Shown here in pieces: positions 49,091 through 53,855 of a DNA stretch of 53,855 nucleotides. Position numbers and translations under genes: made by a program. How positions within the stretch are numbered: the stretch's first letter is position 1; the number at the start of each line of letters is the position of its first letter. Source of the stretch: Candidatus Fraserbacteria bacterium (GTDB taxonomy: Bacteria; Bipolaricaulota; Bipolaricaulia; RBG-16-55-9); assembly GCA_037442925.1 (NCBI GenBank), contig JBBIPG010000008.1:1-53855 (forward strand), given 5' to 3'. Under the pieces are notes generated by a model. That model did not search any database. It was not told the DNA's origin and saw nothing but the letters and a program-made list of their open reading frames with translations.

Positions 49091-49381
49091 CTATTCCTCC
49101 CCTTCGGCCTCGATCTCAACGGGCTCTTCCTCTTCGCCGGCCAGCTCACCCACGGCCTCTTCCAATGAATTCAATCGCCGCTCATGGTCGAGCGAGATCT
49201 TTCCAAGGGCCACGATTGCCCGGCGGTTCAAGCTGATCTCTTCCAATATGGCCTTGTCCGCTTCGCTCAGCTCGACCTCGGCAAGATCACGAACCGGCTC
49301 TTGAAGGGCCAAGGCGCCGCCCTTCTTCCCCTTGTGACGGAACCCGAAAAGGCCCTTCTTTCGACGCTTCCTTGCTGCCAT
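49091..49381 (-). CDS. Hypothetical protein (basic N-terminus, coiled coil, acidic C-terminus)
   Basis: Translationally coupled (TAATG) to the HTH gene; SD AGGAGGTGA. Confidence 0.65.
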   Translation of the reverse strand: MAARKRRKKGLFGFRHKGKKGGALALQEPVRDLAEVELSEADKAILEEISLNRRAIVALGKISLDHERRLNSLEEAVGELAGEEEEPVEIEAEGEE

Positions 49382-49671
49382 TATCCCTCACCTCCTTCTT
49401 TCAGAGATTCAATCTCCTTGAGGATCTTCTCGATCTTCATTTGGTTTGCTTTGAGTTCAGCGATTACCTGGGGCACCCGGCTCTTCAAGCCGATGAGGGC
49501 CAAGGGTTCAGGCTCACTCTTCCCGTCCACCCAACGGGAGTAGGTAGCTTGAGTCACCCCACAGAGCTTGGCGATCCGGGCTTGAGGCCAAGACAATTCC
49601 CTACGGATCTTCTCCAGTCGCTTCACGAGCGCCTTGAACTCTCTGCGCTCCTCTTTCATCAACGGTGCCAT
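49381..49671 (-). CDS. XRE-family HTH regulator
   Basis: LEKIRRELSWPQARIAKLCGVTQATYSRWVDGKSEP. Confidence 0.85.
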   Translation of the reverse strand: MAPLMKEERREFKALVKRLEKIRRELSWPQARIAKLCGVTQATYSRWVDGKSEPEPLALIGLKSRVPQVIAELKANQMKIEKILKEIESLKEGGEG

Positions 49672-49682
49672 GTCGATCCAAC

Positions 49683-49711
49683 ATTATACACTGTGGATGA
49701 GAAGTATGCAA
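49683..49711 (-). promoter_or_regulatory. Promoter for XRE gene (near-leaderless)
   Basis: Minus strand TTGCAT-17 nt-TATAAT ending 11 nt before ATG 49671. Confidence 0.6.
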
Positions 49712-49731
49712 GTCAGGGCAAAAAGAAAGAG

Positions 49732-49926
49732 CTATTGCTGATTCTCACGCTGAGGCTGCCTGGCTTGCAGCCACAAGAGAGCAAAGAGGCCCGCCAGCGC
49801 AAAGCCCACGATCGCGGCACCCTTGTAGAAGCTCATCCGGTTCTTGGCCCGCTCGATGGCCTTCTCCAGCTTCTCCAAGCGGCGTCCGTTTTGAGAGAGA
49901 GCCGAAACAAGCTTGTTAATCTCCAT
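49732..49926 (-). CDS. Small coiled-coil protein with one TM segment
   Basis: SD GAGGG, heptads, then GAAIVGFALAGLFALLWL. Confidence 0.6.
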   Translation of the reverse strand: MEINKLVSALSQNGRRLEKLEKAIERAKNRMSFYKGAAIVGFALAGLFALLWLQARQPQRENQQ

Positions 49927-50122
49927 CCCTCATCGCCTCCAAGACCTTGAGCGAATAAGGCCGCCATCTTCTGGCAAAACGTTCTTGATCCTCCGGCCCG
50001 CCGTTGATATAGACCCGATCACGGCACTCATCGCATTGCCCCCAATAGCGCTTCTTCTTCGGCAAGATCTTCATCTCCATAGGCGCTCCATAAGTTGGAC
50101 AAGGATAGTAAAGTCTATCCAA
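49916..50122 (-). CDS. Small Zn-ribbon-like hypothetical protein
   Basis: YPCPTYG...QCDEC; inferred TTG start overlaps the upstream stop. Confidence 0.45.
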   Translation of the reverse strand: MDRLYYPCPTYGAPMEMKILPKKKRYWGQCDECRDRVYINGGPEDQERFARRWRPYSLKVLEAMRDGD

Positions 50123-50906
50123 TGTGGGATTTAAAAAACGATTGGAGCCCCTCAAGTCCTGTTGCAAGTTTGGGTTGTTCGTGAGACTCCGCCTTGGGCG
50201 CCGGCTCCTCAACTGATGCTTGAGATGCAGACAGAGTCATCAATCTCCGTAAGAGAAGCCCGACGACAAGCGCCACCGGCAACAGAAGCCACGCCCACAG
50301 CGGAGCGCGATCTTTCACCGGAGCTGCTGGCTTTTCTTTAGGAGTCAAGTGCTTCTTCTGAGTCGGTTCCTTGGGAGCCGGATTCGATGCACGAACTCGC
50401 TTCTCCTCCGCTTTTCTCTCCTCAAGTTTGTTGAGTAGATAATCCCGCTGTTGGAGTAGCCGATCTCGCTCCCGAAGCCAGCTTTCGCGATCCTGCCAGA
50501 GCTGATCTCGACTTTGCTGAAGCCCGGCAACTTCTTTTTCAAACCCCTTCGCCCTTGCGACGGCGCTCTTTAGCTCGGATTGCAGTCTTTCGATTTCAGC
50601 TTGCGCACGATCCCGCTCAGAGACTACAGCTTCCAGTTGAGCCGCCCCTGGATCGGGGGCCGATGCTGCTTCCCTCAGACTGCAATTCTCCTCTTCGAGT
50701 TGTTTGACCCGATCCCCCAGCTGAGCGACAAGTGCCCGATGACGCTCGAGCTCCTCAGTTAGTTGATCCGGAGATGCCGTAGCCGGCCCCGATGCCTCCG
50801 CAGAAGAGAAGTGCAAGTCCGCCGCCTCACGGAGACTGATGCCCCGCTCTTGGGCAAGTCGCTCGATCTTCTCCGCTACGTGGTCAGAGACCTTTAGTGT
50901 CTTCAT
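50115..50906 (-). CDS. RHH-like / coiled-coil / TM-anchor protein
   Basis: N-terminal MKTLKVSDHVAEKIERLAQERGISLREAAD (RHH pattern), about 120 aa coiled coil, TM PLWAWLLLPVALVVGLLL. Confidence 0.7.
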   Translation of the reverse strand: MKTLKVSDHVAEKIERLAQERGISLREAADLHFSSAEASGPATASPDQLTEELERHRALVAQLGDRVKQLEEENCSLREAASAPDPGAAQLEAVVSERDRAQAEIERLQSELKSAVARAKGFEKEVAGLQQSRDQLWQDRESWLRERDRLLQQRDYLLNKLEERKAEEKRVRASNPAPKEPTQKKHLTPKEKPAAPVKDRAPLWAWLLLPVALVVGLLLRRLMTLSASQASVEEPAPKAESHEQPKLATGLEGLQSFFKSHIG

Positions 50907-51236
50907 TGCACCCAATTTAACCGGCACCCCCGAAAAAATCTAGCAGCACCCTCAACGCACGTCACGGCACCCTCGATCAGATCTAGCAGCACCCTCAACG
51001 CACGTCACGGCACCCCTGAAGGAATCAAGGGTGCCGCCACTTTCGAGATGCACGGCACCCAGAGTTACCGCGAAGTCACGCGGGGTGCCGCGACCTCCAA
51101 CACGCGCGGCACCTCATGGCACCCTGAAGTCACGCGGGGTGCCGCCACTTTCGGCACCTTTTGGCACCCTAACGGCACCCTACGGCACTCTAGGGTTCTG
51201 CCTATATATAGCAGCACGCTCATGCATGGGGTGCCG
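50907..51236. repeat. Array of about 18 (C/T)GGCACCC-type repeats in both orientations, helically phased
   Basis: GCAC(C) cores at 50924, 50946, 50967, 50989, 51010, 51055, 51109, 51119, 51154, 51164, 51175, 51185; inverted GGGTGCCG near 51029, 51083, 51137, 51228; 35-bp direct repeat at 50938/50981. Confidence 0.88.
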
Positions 51237-51247
51237 ACCATTGGTCC

Positions 51248-51310
51248 CGCCTATATTATTATTAGGAGCCCGGGCGGGCCTATATTATTAATAGGGAGCC
51301 CGGGTGGGGG
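51248..51310. repeat. AT-rich tandem repeat (about 29-30 bp x2)
   Basis: CCTATATTATTATTAGGAGCCCGGGCGGG / CCTATATTATTAATAGGGAGCCCGGGTGGG. Confidence 0.75.
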
Positions 51311-51383
51311 AAGCCCTCTGGCTCTCGATCCAATCCGCTCCATATATATAAGCCCACACCAGGCCCATTGCGGTCATCATAAA

Positions 51384-51827
51384 TCAATCCCGCAACCCCC
51401 GCCGGGCTACCTGATCCGCTCCATTGTTTAACAAACGGGGCGTCCACTCTAAGACCAAGTTGGTAAACCGCCCCACTAGCTCTTTCGCCTTGAGATAGAG
51501 CGGCACCAGGTGCTCAGACCGCACCGGCGCTCTCCCACTAAGATGATCGACCATCGGCTTGAAGTCCGCCCGGATCGTGATGGCCCGCTCCGTCAGCCCA
51601 CGCTCGATCAAGTATTCGAGCACCCGGATCAAGGCCACATACTCACAGACCGACGCCGTGACCCCAAGGCCCTCTAGGATCTCAGAGCGAGCCGCGATCT
51701 TCCGCGAGCCGGCATAGACCACAAAGCCCGCCGACCCACGCGGCATGAAAGAGCCGTCACAGTGAGCCATGATCCGGGCCCGCTTCCTTGACCTCGATCT
51801 CGCTCTTGCACGCCGCGACTTTTTCAT
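51384..51827 (-). CDS. Ribonuclease HI-like protein
   Basis: Acidic tetrad retained: HCDGS, CEYVAL, RADFK, NNGADQVA. Start may be 51770. Confidence 0.82.
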   Translation of the reverse strand: MKKSRRARARSRSRKRARIMAHCDGSFMPRGSAGFVVYAGSRKIAARSEILEGLGVTASVCEYVALIRVLEYLIERGLTERAITIRADFKPMVDHLSGRAPVRSEHLVPLYLKAKELVGRFTNLVLEWTPRLLNNGADQVARRGLRD

Positions 51828-51887
51828 CTATCGTAAGGCAGAGGCCCGAGGCACTCAGAGACGCGAATGCCCCGAAGCCTCGCCAAC

Positions 51888-52244
51888 TCACAGCAAGGGC
51901 AACTGATGCCCCTGCAAGTCCCTCGGCTTGCCCTGCACCGGCAAGCCGACTCTCTTCCCGAACTCAATCATGAACTCTAACCCGTCCTTGGCTCCAAGGG
52001 TCTTGACGACCTCTTGAGAGATCCGTCGCTTTGTTTCGATGTCTACAGCGTCTGGATCTACCCCTTGCCTCATCAGCTCGGCGTCGATCAGATTGTCCGG
52101 CCCTTTTGAGCCCTTAGAGCACCCGTGATACTTTCCGCCACAGATGCACTTGCACTCCGGTTGCCTTGCTCCATGACAGCGGCTATCGCAGCGGCGCGTT
52201 CCGTCGCTGTTGCTGAAACTCATGATCGTCGCCACGTCGATCAC
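51888..52244 (-). CDS. Cys/His-rich phage-type hypothetical protein
   Basis: RRCDSRCHGARQPECKCICGGKYHG. Confidence 0.65.
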   Translation of the reverse strand: MIDVATIMSFSNSDGTRRCDSRCHGARQPECKCICGGKYHGCSKGSKGPDNLIDAELMRQGVDPDAVDIETKRRISQEVVKTLGAKDGLEFMIEFGKRVGLPVQGKPRDLQGHQLPLL

Positions 52245-52353
52245 TCCTCTTCTCTTTCTCTGTCAGCGGCCGGCCGCAGACGGGGCACTTCTCATGCCGG
52301 CCAGCAAGCCATCGAAGCCATGCCCTAAGCTCACGATCCGTCGGGCGAAACAC
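52183..52353 (-). CDS. Small hypothetical protein with CPVC knuckle
   Basis: GTG after GGAGGGAGGGG; LRAWLRWLAGRHEKCPVCGRPL. Confidence 0.35.
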   Translation of the reverse strand: MFRPTDRELRAWLRWLAGRHEKCPVCGRPLTEKEKRSDRRGDDHEFQQQRRNAPLR

Positions 52354-52729
52354 GATCCCCTCCCTCCAACGCAAAGACATCGGCGATCTTCGCAAACGTC
52401 CGCCCGTCCTGTCCTTCGCCCGTGACCACCACGATCTCGCACTCCCGTCCGATCAGCTGAAGGAGATCCACCACCTGCCCGTCCTTGAGCGGCCCCATAA
52501 GCCGCGACACCAGCGCGGTCAGCTTCGCCCGCGGCGTCAGCCTTTGGCTGTAGGTCTTGCGCAAGACCCGGCCGCGATGCTCACCGTCCTGGATCTCGAA
52601 CTCGACCACCACGGCCTGTTCGCCCTCTCGGAATTGACTGGCCCGCCTGGTCAGCGCTTTGATCCGCGCTCGGTAACCTCCGGGCTTCACTTGCGAGAAC
52701 TCCCGATACTCGACCGTCAACGTGCTCAC
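52331..52729 (-). CDS. Phage single-stranded DNA-binding-like protein (DUF669-like)
   Basis: PGGYRARI..VVVEFEI..G..GR..LIGRECEIVV...FAKIADV; SD AAAGGAG. Confidence 0.65.
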   Translation of the reverse strand: MSTLTVEYREFSQVKPGGYRARIKALTRRASQFREGEQAVVVEFEIQDGEHRGRVLRKTYSQRLTPRAKLTALVSRLMGPLKDGQVVDLLQLIGRECEIVVVTGEGQDGRTFAKIADVFALEGGDRVSPDGS

Positions 52730-52845
52730 TGCGATCAGCTCCTTTGCTGTTGCTGTATTCTGGCCCCTTAACGGCGGGGCTCACCGGGATCTTCATCGGC
52801 GATCCAGACCCTCGACCTGTCATTGACCACGCAGCCGCGTTCAAG

Positions 52846-53226
52846 CTAGAGTTGGAGCGCAAGCTGTTTGTGCGCGTTCTCCCGTCTTTCCCAAAAGCGA
52901 CGGGGCAGTGCGTATTGCTCTTCCGTCCGCTGGCACCACTCGCTCTGATCGAGCGGCTCAGCCCGGTTGAGAAACGCCGCCAGCGAGACCTGGTAGATCT
53001 CGCCGCCCTGGTCCGCTACGATGAGCCGGATGCGTTCGACCTCAAGGTCTTGAAGCTGCGTCAGGATAGTCGCTGAGAGCGTCCAGGCGTCCATGCGCCG
53101 GTAGAGATGCTTGCTTTCCCGCACCCGGCACTCCCAAGTCCGCTTCCCATCGGAATCAACGATGATTCGGCCTCTCGGGATGAGGCGACCATCTGCTGCC
53201 ACTCTGACTTCCCTCACTTCGATCAC
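52846..53226 (-). CDS. Phage-type hypothetical protein
   Basis: GTG start just outside the palindrome; KHLYRRMDAW..., EQYALPRRFW. Confidence 0.55.
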   Translation of the reverse strand: MIEVREVRVAADGRLIPRGRIIVDSDGKRTWECRVRESKHLYRRMDAWTLSATILTQLQDLEVERIRLIVADQGGEIYQVSLAAFLNRAEPLDQSEWCQRTEEQYALPRRFWERRENAHKQLALQL

Positions 53227-53251
53227 CGCCTTTTGCTGATCCCTTGCTTGC

Positions 53252-53475
53252 GTGAAGGGTCGTGAAAGCTTGTGAAGGCACTGTGTGAAGGGTTTTTTGC
53301 CCAAGGGAATTGACGGTGAAGGGTGTGAAGGCATTTGGGGCAAAAGTCCCTATACGCGCGCGCGCGCGCGCGCGAAGGGGCACTTTTACATATTTACTTT
53401 CACATCCTTCACAGCCGCTTCCATTGCGGGCAAAACCCTTCACAGGCATCTTTCACCATCCTTCACGTCGTTCAC
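53252..53475. repeat. Putative replication origin: 224-bp imperfect palindrome, 6+6 inverted GTGAA/TTCAC iterons around (CG)10
   Basis: GTGAA starts 53252/62/72/85/316/325 mirror TTCAC ends 53475/66/56/43/12/03; centre about 53364 is the (CG)10 run 53355-53374; overlaps the primase 3' end. Confidence 0.85.
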
Positions 53476-53855
53476 CATCGGATAAAAGTCCTAGTCCGCC
53501 ATAGACATTCCCTGTTCTGTTGTGGGTTTTCGTGAATCCGCGCTCTTGGATCTTCGTAGCAAACGCTGGATTCCTTATGGGCTTAATACCATTCTCTTCA
53601 CACCAGCTCCGATACTCCTCATACAGCGTTGAGGCTTTGACTTTCGCATCGGTATGCACGACGCACCGATCGGAGATGAACTGGCTGATCACGTCTTGCT
53701 CGCTCCGATACTCCCTCGTCGCCTCGGCTACGCTCTCCGGCGGCTTCAGGTCCGATTGCAGCCAGAACTGGCAACCGATGATCGCCCACGTGAGGATCCC
53801 CGACGCCTCTGCCTTGAGCTTGTCCAAGAGATCCGGGTCGGCTTGGTCTCCTGTG
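53453..53855 (-). CDS. P4/D5-type primase-helicase, C-terminal part (5' end off window)
   Basis: KLKAEASGILTWAIIGC..W....LKPP..V..AT.EYR...DVISQFI..RC; winged helix LYEEYRSWCEENG...F...IQERGF. Confidence 0.88.
   Translation of the reverse strand, partial: TGDQADPDLLDKLKAEASGILTWAIIGCQFWLQSDLKPPESVAEATREYRSEQDVISQFISDRCVVHTDAKVKASTLYEEYRSWCEENGIKPIRNPAFATKIQERGFTKTHNRTGNVYGGLGLLSDGERREGW

Larger units (their letters stand above)
47762..53855 (-). mobile_element. Integrated phage-satellite/plasmid-like element in tRNA-Leu (runs off window)
   Basis: tRNA fragment at the boundary; co-oriented serine recombinase, XRE HTH, RNase H, SSB-like and D5/P4 primase genes; iteron arrays. Confidence 0.85.

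Noticed and set aside
50907..51236. CRISPR array
   Set aside because: Repeats are 8 bp, in both orientations, with no unique regular spacers, and there are no cas genes in the window.
53156..53535. ORFs with RARARAR peptides across the palindrome
   Set aside because: Translation artefacts of the (CG)10 tract and inverted repeats.

Overview
GC-rich bacterial chromosome segment. A deep-branching lineage such as Ca. Bipolaricaulota or a Thermotogota-like group is my inference from gene content and RpoC architecture, not a database result. 1-7.1 kb: partial Crp/Fnr regulator, thrS, rimI-like GNAT, hpf, a degenerate PP-loop protein and pcrA/uvrD. 7.3-30.1 kb: a stand-alone rpoC with no rpoB upstream, then a fused str-S10-spc-alpha ribosomal superoperon that lacks tuf and rpmD. 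Its oddities are an uS17 with an internal in-frame deletion, an uS11 with an (SH)4 tail, infA starting at AUC, and a K87P change in uS12. 30.1-33.6 kb: four-gene ABC-2 transporter. 33.7-39.5 kb: two similar secreted, C-terminally anchored coiled-coil proteins flank a tyrosine-recombinase/toxin-antitoxin island. That island is bounded by dif-like sites and two of its toxins are deleted. 39.5-47.7 kb: proline dehydrogenase, DOMON, Crp/Fnr, accA, accD, DUF502, RHH-pncB, EamA, tRNA-Gly(GCC). 47.76 kb to the end: an element integrated in tRNA-Leu(TAG), with a small serine recombinase, XRE regulator, RNase H, SSB-like protein and P4/D5-type primase. It carries a mirror-symmetric 224-bp iteron palindrome centred on (CG)10. 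It also carries a helically phased GGCACCC array directly upstream of an RHH-coiled-coil-TM gene, a candidate membrane-tethering partition system.
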